From NCBI GenBank assembly GCA_951406725.2, contig OX597825.1:45880001-45944000 (forward strand): a DNA stretch of 64,000 nt, given 5' to 3'. The stretch comes from Octopus vulgaris (taxonomy: Eukaryota). Each line of letters opens with the position of its first letter. Position 1 is the stretch's first letter. The position numbers and the translations under genes are program-made. Below are positions 39,970-52,849 of this stretch, piece by piece. The notes beneath the pieces were generated by a model. It was not told the DNA's origin and made no database searches. It was given only the letters and a program-made list of their open reading frames with translations.

Positions 39970-40391
39970 TGACAACGGTCTGTTTCAAGGCGGACAGCAA
40001 AATGCTAACATTTAAAAGGGACAGATGAACTTGCGAGCTGAATAAAAATTTTTAAATATTGGAAACCAAAGTTTGAAGGGATAGAATCTGAGGATAGTAG
40101 ACTCCCCATGGCTGGCATTTCTTAATGACAGATAGCAACATAGTGGCAGTTTAACGGTTGGCTGAACTTATGTAAAAGAAAATTCCTAAACACCAAGTTT
40201 TGAAGTGATTCTTTCTCACAACAGTAGACTCACCATAGCAGGCATCGAAAACGTCTTCATGACGGACGGCAAGACACTGACGATTTAAAGGCTGGTGCAA
40301 ATTTTTTAGCTTGATGTAACAGAGAATTCCTAAACACCTGCTCCTATAAATTTTAATCCCCTTCCAGCCCCATTTAGACCCCTTTTCACAT
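39970..40391. repeat. Free-standing copy of the segment found inside Helitron units 1, 3, 4 and 5
   Basis: Aligns by eye with ~2265-2697 (ggtctg.ttcaaggc.gacagcaaaa...cccatttagacccc.ttttcacat), without Helitron termini. Confidence 0.8.
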
Positions 40392-40545
40392 CCCAAAAAG
40401 ATGATTGTGGGTGTCTCAAATTTAGATTAAATCAGTGTTTCTCAAAGGGGAAGCCTATGGGATGGTCGGACAAGATGTTTTGAGAAAATTTGGTTTAAAT
40501 GTTTTACAACTCAGCACTGTCCATTGGACAGGGGTCGTTTTGCTC

Positions 40546-40605
<60 letters not shown>

Positions 40606-40959
40606 CATGAGAAAAAGGAGGTTACCAGAATTTTGGAAAAAATTTTTTTATTTTCGAACTTGTCAAATAAAATTTTGTGATTATGCAAACAGGTTGTTCA
40701 TTTATGTAAAACAGATGTATTTTTGTTTCGTTTAGAAGAGAACATTGTTTTTTTGTTGTTTCTGTGAGGTTCCAGGACAATGGAGATAGATAGATAGAGA
40801 GGTAGAGAGAGGGAGGAGGGATGAGATAGGAGGGAGGGACCCCCTCTTCAGTTTGACATGTTTTCACATTTATTTATTTAATCATTTACCATTGTATTGA
40901 TATAAGTTTAAGGACTGTGACCTCTCCAAGATGTCAGTTCTAGGATGGTGAAAATAATG

Positions 40960-43900
40960 AAAAAACAAAAAGAAAAAATTTTAAACCAATTAAAAATAAT
41001 TAATAAAATAAAAAATTAATAGACCCACAACTCTGGATCAAAATTCTTAATCAATGTAAACATGCATATTGGAAAAGCATTCAATGTTACAATATAGCCA
41101 ACACCTACCAGAATTGGTAAAGCAAAGAAAACCCAATCCTTCCCAGAAAATTTCTTATTAAAAAGATAAGAAGTGAATCACTGGAAGAGACAATGATACA
41201 TGCAAACTTAGCTTTATGCTGACTAGAAGCAGAAATTTCTCTTCTCCAATCGTGAAAAAATACGACACGAAGAAAAAATAAAAACAATTGCTGAAATTGC
41301 CGAACAAAGTGACAATCAATGTCATGAAAAATTGCAACAACTATGGAAAGAAGACACAAAGTGGAAAGAAGAAAATCCATAAAAATGTGGGAAAAACAAC
41401 AAGAGTGGTTCACTAACTATGAAAAAAACTATGGAGAAAAATCCATTATGAAAACGAAACCACAATAACAAGAAAAGTATGAGGAAATCGAAAACAAATG
41501 TAGATACCAACCCCAGAGGAACTGGACTATGGTATCAAACCTCTAGTTACCCAAGGACATATGCAGAAATGATTTCCATCTCATCCCAAGTACAGACTAG
41601 AAACCCATATTCTGCAATACGTAACACTGCAATAATCCAATACATGAAATATAGAAGACAACCATCAACCCATAATATCAAACACCCTAGATGGATAAAT
41701 ACATGTGAAAAAAGACATGAAAGATAACATACAAACAACGACCAACCCGTAATACCATGTACCCTAGATGGATGAATACATGGGAAGAAAAAAATAAAAT
41801 ATGGACAACACAGAAACCATAATATGAATAATCACCATAGCAACTCAAGAAACACATGATTTATGACCAAAAATCCCATACATACTGAATGGCCCCAAAA
41901 AAACATGTAAGATAGGAAGAAAAAGCCTATAGCCAATGGAATTCGTATAAAGAACACGAACCATTCCCCACTGCCTACATGGGAACCAGAACTCCGAAAT
42001 CAGAAAATGGAGACAAGGTAACACAATTCCTTTTTTAGGTAGTAAATACCACAATCATTTACCAGACCTGACACAACACAAAATTTTTAGGAACACACAG
42101 AACATATAAACCTGATGATCATAAATTTGTCAAATAGAAACCTCAACAAGAATGAGATGAACCTCCTATTAAAAGGTTTCAAGTTTACTCCAACACTCAC
42201 CCACTAATCTCATTGAAGTGAAATCTGATATTGAACATTTTAACCGCCACCTCCAATTTATAGAATTCTTCAGCAATAAGGACATAAATGATGAATCATT
42301 AGTCAGAAATAAATCCCACTTCACCCCCTACAAGGGAAATGACAAATATTTAGACACGTATATAGACACAATCTCAAAAATTTCCCCTAAATACCTACAG
42401 ATGCAAACAAGACCTTCGTGAAGAAGAAAAGAAAGCCTTACTAACACTGAAAAATGACAACTCAATCATCCTAAAAGAAGCTGATAATGGAGGGGTGATA
42501 GTAATCACGGACAAGGACTACTAATTTCCAATATTTTATCTTTATGATAAAATACTGGAAATTTTAACAAACCAAACCTACTACAAGGAAGAACCAAGAC
42601 ACCCAGAAAAAACAATAATGAATAAAATCAGAACACTAATCAATGAATACCAAGATTCCTTCACAGACAAAGAGAAAGATTTTATATGAAACTCTGTAAT
42701 CAAAGAGAGCAATTTCTACTGATTGCCCAAAATCCACAAAAGCTCTGAAATACCATAAATAAGCAGAAGAACCAATACATATAAATACTAAGGCCTGCTG
42801 ACCTCAAACTAAGACCAATAGTTGCTGGACCTCAAGCACCAACACAACAACTAAGCCATTTTTTAGATATACTCCTAAAAACTTTGTGCTCTTTAATACC
42901 CAGTTACATACGGGATGGCATAGATTTCATCCAACACATCCCACCCATTGTCCCAGAAGGTACTATACTTACAAGTTTTGATGTCACCAATCTTTATACC
43001 AATGCATCTCACACTTTAGGCCTAGAAACAGTCAAACACTGGGTAGAGAAACATAGATCACAGATAAATGAAGCTTCAAAACTGACTTCATCACCAAGGC
43101 CACACATCTAGTACTGGAAGAAAATACCTTTAGATTTGATAATGAAACCTATCGACAAATAAAGGACACAGCTATGGGGAAGCAGTTTGCACCCTCATAT
43201 GCAAATTTAGTCATGGGATACTTGGAAGAAAATCTTTATGAGGAAGTAGAGGAAACTTTTGATCATGAGTACAAGAAATATATCATTAAAAAGTGGAAAC
43301 ACTTCCTTGATGATTGCTTCATCTTTTGGGACAGATCAAATGAGGACTTAAGCATATTTAACAATATACCGAACACACTTCATCCATCAAATTCACGACA
43401 GACTCCAGTTGCAATGAATTACCATTTCTGAATATCCACATATTTTACCAAAAAAACTGACACACCAATATTTAAATTTCTATTCTTGCCATCCATCACA
43501 CATCAAAAGAAACATCCCATACAGTATGGCAAGATGCATTAGTGCTATACTGACTGACCCCAAAATACATGAAATCCGACTCAATGAGCTCAAAGGCTTC
43601 CTCACAATGCAGAAATATCCCATAGGATTAATCAATGAGGGAATTAAAAAGGTGATGAAACTGAGCATCACCCAAACTATGGACACCTAAGGAAAAAATT
43701 AATGAACACACGATTCCATTTGTTAACACACACAGTCTTGGGATAACCAACATCTTTCATGCTGTAAAATTAAACTTACCTATACTCCTACAAAGCCCCA
43801 AAAGGAAAAATCTGATTGAAAAAGGCCCTTATGGAATAGAAGACACCAACCAAAAAATCTTAAAAACTCCTCACAAAAGCAGAGTTCACATCAGAGAATG

Positions 43901-44035
43901 AATCAGAATTCTTAGTAAAAGAATGCAACAACAACCACTTTAAATACTTAGAAAGTGGTTCCCATGTGAAATTCAAGAGTGGATTTTCATTCAAAATAGA
44001 TGCAGATGTGAACTGCAAAATGCAGAACCTCCTTT
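40960..44035 (+). mobile_element. Decayed Penelope-like element (RT region)
   Basis: NLSNRNL, LPKIHK, LRPIVAGPQAPT, SFDVTNLYTN, TAMGKQFAPSYANL, FLDDCF, HPSHIKRNIPYS; many stops; 3' part truncated. Confidence 0.85.
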
Positions 44036-44114
44036 CCAATCCCACCAAACATAAAGCAAGACTTTTTTAGGGTGAAGACCTGCTTTTGGGGTGGCCAAGG
44101 GTGGCTCATGTCAC

Positions 44115-44745
44115 TTACTCTAGGATTGCATTCTCATCACCTGTCACAATTTGCTTTAGAAAAGGTGTGTTTTCTTTCTCTTTATAAAGCGAATCACAGA
44201 TGGAAATGTGATCCAAAAGGTTCTTCTCACTCAACTCATGTGGTACCCAAATATCATAGCGATTTGTATACCCAAGCTTTACCAGGTGCTCATGAATGAT
44301 GGATTTTGATAGGTTGAGACTTTCTGCCAATTCTTGGGTTGTGCAATGTTGGTTATTCTCAATTAATAACTTGATTTGGTCATCATCTGTAGTGGATGGT
44401 CTGCCTGATCGCTCTTTATCAATAAGGCTGTAATCTCCAGCTTGGAACCTTGCAAGCTACTTCTGTACAGTTCTTTCGGATAAAGAAACATCACCTTAAA
44501 CTGCGCATACTTCTTTGGTTGCTTGTGAGGCATTTTTCCCTTGACGGAAAAAGAAAAGCATCAAGTGCCGAAAACTTTCTTATCTTCCATTTTAAAGGGT
44601 TACAGAATTAACACAGATTATAGGAACATAAACTGTGCTCTAAATGGAGGTGTAGTCAAATCTTATTTTATGGACTCAACCATGTTCTAAAATAAGTCCA
44701 AAGGTAAGCTACTATAAATCGACACAAACTTTCCGGACAACCCAA
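44115..44745 (-). mobile_element. Mariner fragment (5' TIR + transposase N-terminal half)
   Basis: WVPHEL and IVTGDE motifs; TIR TTGGGTTGTCCGGAAAGTTTGTGTCGA next to TA. Confidence 0.88.
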
Positions 44746-44957
44746 TATATGTATATATATATATATGTATATGTATATGAGATGCAGCACGGATTTTTGT
44801 CAGTGAACAGGTCGCGGATTTTAGCGACGAAAATATTTTGACAAATTAAACTTAAATGTTGAAGTGAATCAAACGGCTTTTGTGTGTTTCTTAAATGGCT
44901 TACAAACACCTTCCACGCTGCAATTGTATATATATGTATATATATATATACAATTCA

Positions 44958-45007
<50 letters not shown>

Positions 45008-45341
45008 GAAATATTAAAATTACTAAGTCTCTATAAGAATGCCATATTAATATGGCGATAACAATTAATTTATATATATATATATATACACTTCACTTTT
45101 TCTGTCTTTGGACTATACCCATGCTGGAGCATTGCAGTAGTAAGTTACGGGGTCGTCAACAAACCAACAAGCGTTGGTGGGAGGGCAAACACAACTGCAA
45201 AGAAACAGACAGACATATATACATATGTAGAGAGTTTTTGAAGTGACGTACAGATATTATATATTGAGAATAACATACATTCTGACTACCTCAATATATA
45301 TACGATGGGCTTCTTTTAGTTTCCATCTATCAAATCCACTT

Positions 45342-45524
45342 TTAATCCATCATGCTGAATAACTGATTTTGGGGTACCCCTTGGTTTATTTTCAAGGCTA
45401 TCATCTCCTGAACAAGAGCTTTGGAACCATCTCTGAACAGTTCTGATGTCAACAAAACCATTACCAGAGGCCCACTTGATATTCTATAGAGCTTCTGCGG
45501 CAGAGTGGCCCAGTGTGTACTCAT
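45342..45524 (-). mobile_element. Internal mariner fragment embedded in a SINE-like repeat
   Basis: Reverse complement of ~47448-47631, nearly identical. Confidence 0.8.
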
Positions 45525-45865
45525 ATGGCCCAGGCAGTGGACTGAAACCAGAAACATGTGGTTGGGAAGCAAATTTCTTATTACACAGCCACACTGCGCA
45601 TGTGTGTGTGCGTGTGTGTGTGTGTGTGTTTGTGTATGTGGGTGTGTCTGTATAATATATATATTTATATACATAAATCTACATACATATATATATACAT
45701 TTACATACTGTATGTATATAGCCATACATTTATATATTTGTATACATTCATGCATTTTTATTTAAGTGTGTTTATATGTGCCTTATGGATGTTGACATGA
45801 TTTATGTTCTTTTTTTTTGGTAAGGAGAGAATTTTGTCTCCAGATTTTATCACCTAAGGAGATTA

Positions 45866-46388
45866 CCATAAATCCTCGAGTATAGTCTGCCCTTGAGTAT
45901 AATACGCAGGGGATTTTTAGGGGGCTGTACCTCTGAAAAACCTAAACCTTGTATATAATACACACTCTTTCTCTAACTTGAGTCGTGCATAATTAAGCCA
46001 GCAGCACCTAGTCAAACAAACACTTTCACGCATGCATAATACAATAATGGTAATGTTCTTAACTGTTATATGGGAATGTAAATATGTTTGTAAATTGTTT
46101 TTGTTACATGTTATTCTGTGTTCTGAATACTTTTATTTTGATAAATGTTGCTTACTGCAAGTTATGGATGATTCTTTTATGACTTCATTGCTTTCAGGCT
46201 TCGCTTAAGGTATTTTTGCGCCTGACATCACAAAATGTGTCTGAATAAACATTGCCAGACAGCAAATAGAGACTCAGACATTGCTTAGAAAATATTTTTC
46301 ATTTTTAACCTCGTATATAGTACGCACTAGGGATTTTGACCTTTAAATTTGGGGGAAAAAAATGTGGATTATACTCGATGATTTACGG
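45866..46388. mobile_element. MITE of the Tc1/mariner group (Tc2/pogo-like CCGTA termini)
   Basis: TA|CCATAAATCCTCGAGTATA ... TATACTCGATGATTTACGG|TA with subterminal repeats. Confidence 0.75.
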
Positions 46389-46625
46389 TAAATACTGACC
46401 AGCTTTTTGACCTCATCAATCACCAACACTGGTCTGTGTGTGTGTGTGTGTGTGTGTGTTTATGTGTGTATGTATGTCATTATTCAGTTTATTTCAAGAT
46501 TTCTTGCCAATAGAGAAAAAACTGGTTTCTAACCTAGATCCAATGCTCCTTTGTTGGAATTTCAACATCAATGACAGGGCATATATTTGTTTGTATGTAT
46601 GTATGTATGCATCTATGCATGTGTG

Positions 46626-46683
<58 letters not shown>

Positions 46684-47259
46684 TGTGTATCTGTGTTTAC
46701 AAATGGACTCTTCCCAACTGAACTATCTTCAAAACAACTTTTTCTCAAAAAGAATATTTGTTAAGATTTAACTCTACAACAAATCTTTAAAATTGCGATG
46801 TTTGTTTTATATTATGAAGATAATATTTATATTCTTAAAATGTCCTAAATGTAAATTAATCTCAAGAAAAATTAATAAGATATATATTGCATGTGCATGT
46901 GCAGAAAAAGCTCAGTTGGAAAAGGTGATGGTTTTTATGTGTTGTGATCTGAAAATTTTGACTGAGACGTTAACAATTGAAGATATTATATACTATGAAA
47001 AAACAGAATCAGCTGAAATTCAAGAGTAGAAGATAAAATTATTTGCATTTCCATGTATTGTTTATTTATCTATATTCACTTAGACAAATACATATAAAAA
47101 TGTTATGCAATTCTCATTCAAATTATTGATGAGTTGATCTTTAATTTTTAGCAAATGGATGTAAGTATCAAACAAACAAAATTCAATACCGATTGAAAAC
47201 TTAGGGTTTATATATATTCATGTAATATATGCACATAAATAAAGATGTAAAAATATATA

Positions 47260-48435
47260 TTAGGTTGTTTCACATGAAATGTATTTTTACTTACTCGTTA
47301 TTTCAGTCATTTAAAAACTCAATTATGTATAATTTGCATTTAATCTTTACTCTTTTTTTTCTTCCCCAATAATATTGGTGTACAAAATTCGTACCAACAG
47401 ACCTTATAAAAATGATAACAACCAAACTATGTTGAGTGACTTTCTCATATGAGTACACACTGGGCCACTCTGCCGCAGAAGCTCTATAGAATATCAAGTG
47501 GGCCTTTGGTAATGGTTTTGTTGACATCAGAACTGTTCAGAGATGGTGCCAAAGCTCTTGTTCAGGAGATGATAGCCTTGAAAATAAACCAAGGGGTACC
47601 CCAAAATCAGTTATTCAGCATGATGGATTAAATGCTTTGGTTGAACAAAATTCGAGAACAAAGGTTCGAAAACTTTCATCAGAACTCCAAACATCTCGCA
47701 CAACTATTTTTGGACTCTTGTAAAAAATTGGAAAAGTCAAGAAAACGGATATGTTTGTTCCACATCAGCTGAATGAGACTAATAAAAACAGACGCCTTGA
47801 AGTGTGCTCCTTATTGCTTTCTTGGCTGGAAAAAGACCATTTTTGCATCAAATCATTACTCATAATGAGAAATAGATACTCTTTGGCAACAGCACTACCC
47901 AAACCCACCATTGCATCCTTAAAAGTTAGTGGTCACTGTATGGTGATCTGCAAAGGGAATTATTCAATAGTCATTTTTGCAACAAAGAAAAACGGTAACA
48001 GCAACATCGTATTACCAGGATATTGATTGTATGCACGAGAATTTGAAAAATAAGCAACCCAGACTAGTGAATAGAGATTGCCCAATTTTACTCCATGACA
48101 ATGCACGTTCTCACACTCTTCAAGCTATGGTCCAAAAGTTGCAAAGCCTGAATTATGAGATTTTGCAACATCCTCCCTATTCCCCTGATATCTCTCCTAT
48201 TGATCATGAGCTTTTCATAAGCAATAAAACATTCTTAAATAGAGAAGACGTAAGTGAAGCATTTCGACAGTTTATCACAGCAAAAGATGAATCTTTTTTT
48301 AAAGATGGAATATATGACAGAGAAACGTTGGGATGAACATGGATCATACTTTGATTAAACAAATCAGTTCTCTAACACTTCTGAAACATTTTATTATTAC
48401 CTTTCAAATACGACATTTCATGTGAAACAACCTAA
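47260..48435 (+). mobile_element. Full-length decayed mariner transposon
   Basis: TIRs TTAGGTTGTTTCACATGAAATGT / ACATTTCATGTGAAACAACCTAA, TA TSD; FVPHQL, LLHDNARSH, HPPYSPDISPID. Confidence 0.92.
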
Positions 48436-48939
48436 TATTATACATATGTATGGCATGTTAGCAGGATTTTCTTTGTTTTTTTAATTGGGAAATAGTAGTG
48501 GAGACAAAAGATCGTTTGTCCCCCATTCCTGGAAAAGTGTGTGTGTGTGTGTGGGGGGGTACTTGTCCCCTGATGCCCACTTAAAACAAGGCCTCACATA
48601 CACATAGGATGTTCAGCAAGCAGATGCAATCAGAACACCTGCTATGTCCCTTCATAGTCTCTGTTGCAGCTGTCCATGTTACATCTTACAGCCTTCATGG
48701 TATTCACAGAGCATTGAGCAGCAGTCATGATGTCAGTATTTTGATACCAAACATGAATTATCATGATATAAGTAACTCTTTTTCAATATTTTGATGGCTT
48801 CCATTGCTCCATGTCAGATAATTTTTTTATCAACTGCAATTTTACTCTTTATGCTTTCCAATGCCATTAAATGATCACTAATACATCAAGCTCTTCTTGA
48901 AAGAAGGAGATATAAAAAAATCATCAAATTAGCCTGAAG

Positions 48940-49500
48940 AAGTTTTCATCCCGACCACAAGGTTCAGGGTTCAGTATGGTACCTTGAACAAGTGTCTTCT
49001 TCTATAGCCTTGGGCTCACCAAAACCTTGTGAGTGGATTTGCTAGATGGAAACTGAAAGATGCCAAATGCATGTCAGCATGGAAGATGGATGTTAAATGA
49101 TGATGATGACAATGATGATTGATTTATATGTGGTTGTCTTTGTGTCTGTGTTTGTCCCTCATCGCTGCTTGACAGTTGGTGTTGTTGTGCTTATGTCCCT
49201 GTAACTTAGTGGTCCAGCAAAAAGAGACCAATACAATAAATACCAAACTTTAAAAGAAATAAGTACTGCAGTTAATTCATTTGACTAAATTTCTTCAAGG
49301 TGGTGCCCCAACATGGCTGCAGTCTAATGACTGAAATAATAAAAATTAGAAAGTAAAAGGTGTGTGTGTATGATAAGCTTTTTCTGGTTTCCATCTAACA
49401 AATCCACTCACAAGGTTTTGGTTGGCTTGAGGTACTGCACAGAAAGACTGAACTTGAGATCACATGGTTTGGAAGCAAGCTTCTTAACTACACAGTCATA
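48940..49500. repeat. Cluster of SINE-like fragments
   Basis: Similar to the other SINE/RTE-tail repeats here, e.g. gttaaatgatgatgatga at ~49092. Confidence 0.45.
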
Positions 49501-51854
49501 CCTATGTCTATTGTGTGTATTTATGTATGGATGCATGCATGAATGTATGTTTATATAATTATGCATTGTTCTCACCACCAATATCTTCGACAATATTTTT
49601 ATTACATGAATATTTTAATGTTTAAACTACACACCAAAAAATAATTGATTCTATGTTATTGTATTAGTTTGTATGGAAGTTTGTCCTTCATTATCAATTT
49701 TCATGCAAAAGTAAGTAAGTAATAGTAATTTGTTGGGCTGGATGGATTTTTAGATTATTAAATTTTATAATACTTTAGGTTTGACTTATATGCTAGAAGA
49801 TTAATTTTTATCCCAGTGATTATCAGTCAGATAGATTTAGAGAAGGGTGTGTGCTACTTAAATCCTTCACTCAGATTCAAGTATTATTCTAATGAGTAAG
49901 TGTATACTTACATATTTACATGCACTTAAAATTTAAAGAAAGCATTAGAACTTAGATGTTAGACAAATGGAGCTCTATAAAATAAGTTTTAGACTGAAAC
50001 AAATACTGAGATTGATATGATTGAAGGCTGTACTACAATATGAAAAGCAAAAGAGGAAAATTTTACAAATATCTATGTACATATATGTATGAATATGACA
50101 TCTTGAAGTAAGAGTTAACAGAAAATCTAACAGTTAAAAACGTTTCAAATTTCAATACTTGACATGAATGTAAGATTGGAAAAACAGTGTTATAAACAAA
50201 AAACAAAAAAAACTTGGTCCTTAAATGTAAAAAAAAATTGGTCTAATAGCTTTTAACAACTTTTTTAAAACTGTTGACAACTGATTGATTAGGTCTTTGT
50301 GATTTTAGTAATTTGAATTTTTTAGGTTTGAAATTCACCAAAACTCATTAATATTGGATTTGCAGCAAAGTTTCTAAAGAAGAGCACTACCTTTCACTAC
50401 TTTCTCTCTTCTCAATCTCCATTTTTAGATAACAATTAAATTAAATATCTGTTTTCAATCGCTAACATGTTATTCAAAATACTTCCATAAAAAACAGACA
50501 AAAAGTTATATTTTATCAATAAAAACATCAAATAGTGTTTTCTTTTTTCTTCATGCAATTTCAGTTCTTGTTTACTGAACAAAATCTTGCACATACCTAA
50601 ATCTATGACATACAATTCATATAAAATTAAAAAACTATCATCACAGCATTGAGAACTATACTAAAACTGATGTAGTCAAGTGATAGTTTTGAGTATTAAA
50701 TGCACCTTGTTGTTTTGAATTTACTTTGCAGCTTTAAACTTGTATTATAGCAAACATAGTGTTCATACTGACACTGCAAGAGCATTGGATCTCAATATAA
50801 TTTAAGGCTGTTTAGAGACTACTTTGTGATGCCCGCAACAAAGAACATGGATATATTCTTGTAGTTATCTCTTAGTTTGCAACAATCTATGTTGATTGAA
50901 CACATGTGATGCAGATGACATCAAAACACTGTGGCATAATTTCTTATACCTTTCATAAGTTGTTGCCATTGAGTAGCATTAATCAAGTGTATTTCAACAA
51001 AAGTATGCTAATGAATTTTAAACCACAACTTACGGATGTAATACACTGTATATGTTATGTTTCTCTTCTGGATAATAGATGTTGAAAAAGTTTATCACAA
51101 AGCTTTGATTTATATTTTGTTACTTCAACTACCACGCAAAAAAAGATTTCCATTTTTAGAATTTGGTTTGTTATCTAGATTTATCTAGATATATCTCTTA
51201 ATGATAAATGATTTAAGATTCTCTAGGAGTTTTTCATGTTTATTACTGAATATTGATACATTATTATCCACACAAATATGCTATTGTTTCATCAAATTTA
51301 TTGTCTGAATTTATTTCATAGGCATCATGATACCTTGTTTGCATGCTGTCCAGGGAACAGTCATAATAACGTCAATTCAACATTATTGTACTTATTTTAT
51401 GCATATCCAGTATTTTCTAGCATATAAGGAAGTTAAGTCTCTGAAAAAGAATTTTCCACCAAGTGTGAGGTAATTTGTATTTTCAATATTCAAAAGCTTT
51501 CTTTCACTTTGTGACTGCTGATATTGTAGCCATATTTTCTAATATATAAGGATGTACATTAGTTAAAATAGCAATTCATTCATGGAATATCTTCAAAACA
51601 GACTAAATCACTTCAGCACTCTTGATGCCAAATCTGCTTATCAAATATATCATTTCCAATTTATTAGCTATTTTCAACCTTTTTTAAACCTTTATTATTT
51701 CCAATTGTTTGTTCATTGCTACTAAAAGCCACTATTCCTGTCTTTTTCTTTTTCTTAGAAAATAAGACCACTAGTGATGATGTACTAGACTAAATTGTTC
51801 ATAGCAATGTCACTTCATCAAAACAGAATGAGTTTATTATTAGGATTAAAATGA

Positions 51855-52645
51855 CAATCGTCATCATCATCATCATCATCATCATCACCACCATCATCAT
51901 CATCGTCGTCATCGTTTAATGTCTGCTTTCCATGCTGGCACAGGTTAGATGGTTTGGCTGAGGAGTAGCAATCCAGGAGGCTGCACCAAGCTCCAGTTTG
52001 ATCTGGCAAGATTTCTACAGCTGGATGCTTTCCTAATGTCAACCACTCCAAGAGTGTAGTGGGTGCTTTTTATGTGCCACCGGCATGGAGGCCAGACAGG
52101 TGGCATTAGCATCGACCATGCTCATATGGTGCTTTTTATGTTCCATTGACATATGGTACTGGCATTGGCCATGGCAAATGATTTTACTTGACTCAACAGG
52201 TCTTCTCAAGCACAGGACATTGCCTGATGATTGAAGGGAAGTCTTAAATGGGCTGGTTATGTGACACTGGCATAGGTCACAGCTACAATCTCAGCTTGCC
52301 AGGTCATCTGAAACATTGCATATCTCCAAAGGTCTTAGTTTCTTGTCATTGCCTCGATGAGGCCCAACGTTTGAAGGTTATGCTTCAACACCTCATCCCA
52401 GGTCTTCCTGGGTCTACCTCTTCCACCAGGTTCCTTCCACTGGTTAGAGATCAGCACTTCTTTATACAGCTGTCCTCATCCATACATGACACATGACCAT
52501 ACCAGCACAGTCTCTCTTGCATACCACATCTGATACCTCTTATATCAAACTTTTCTCTCAGGGTGCTTACAATCTGTTGTGTATGCACTCTGACATTACA
52601 CATCCAGTGGAGCATACTAGCTTCATTTCTTTCTAGCCTAGGCAT
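51855..52645 (-). mobile_element. RTE LINE 3' fragment with (GAT)n tail
   Basis: RLERNEASMLHWMCNV...WYGHV; 3' UTR shared with the other RTE copies. Confidence 0.8.
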
Positions 52646-52786
52646 GTTTAATAAATTAAACTTATACAGAGCAGTCTTATTTGTGTTGAAATTATTGTTT
52701 TAATGACAAGGCTTCTTGAATAGACATTGCTGCTGATGCTGCTGTTCCTTCTCTCCCTCCTCCTCTTCCTGCTGCTGCTGCTGCTG

Positions 52787-52845
<59 letters not shown>

Positions 52846-52849
<4 letters not shown>

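Noticed and set aside
40720-40870. Minus-strand GAAAACATGTC-AAA-CTGAAGAGG upstream of the Penelope element as another hammerhead
   Set aside because: Core-like words are present, but I could not build consistent stems I-III in any strand order.
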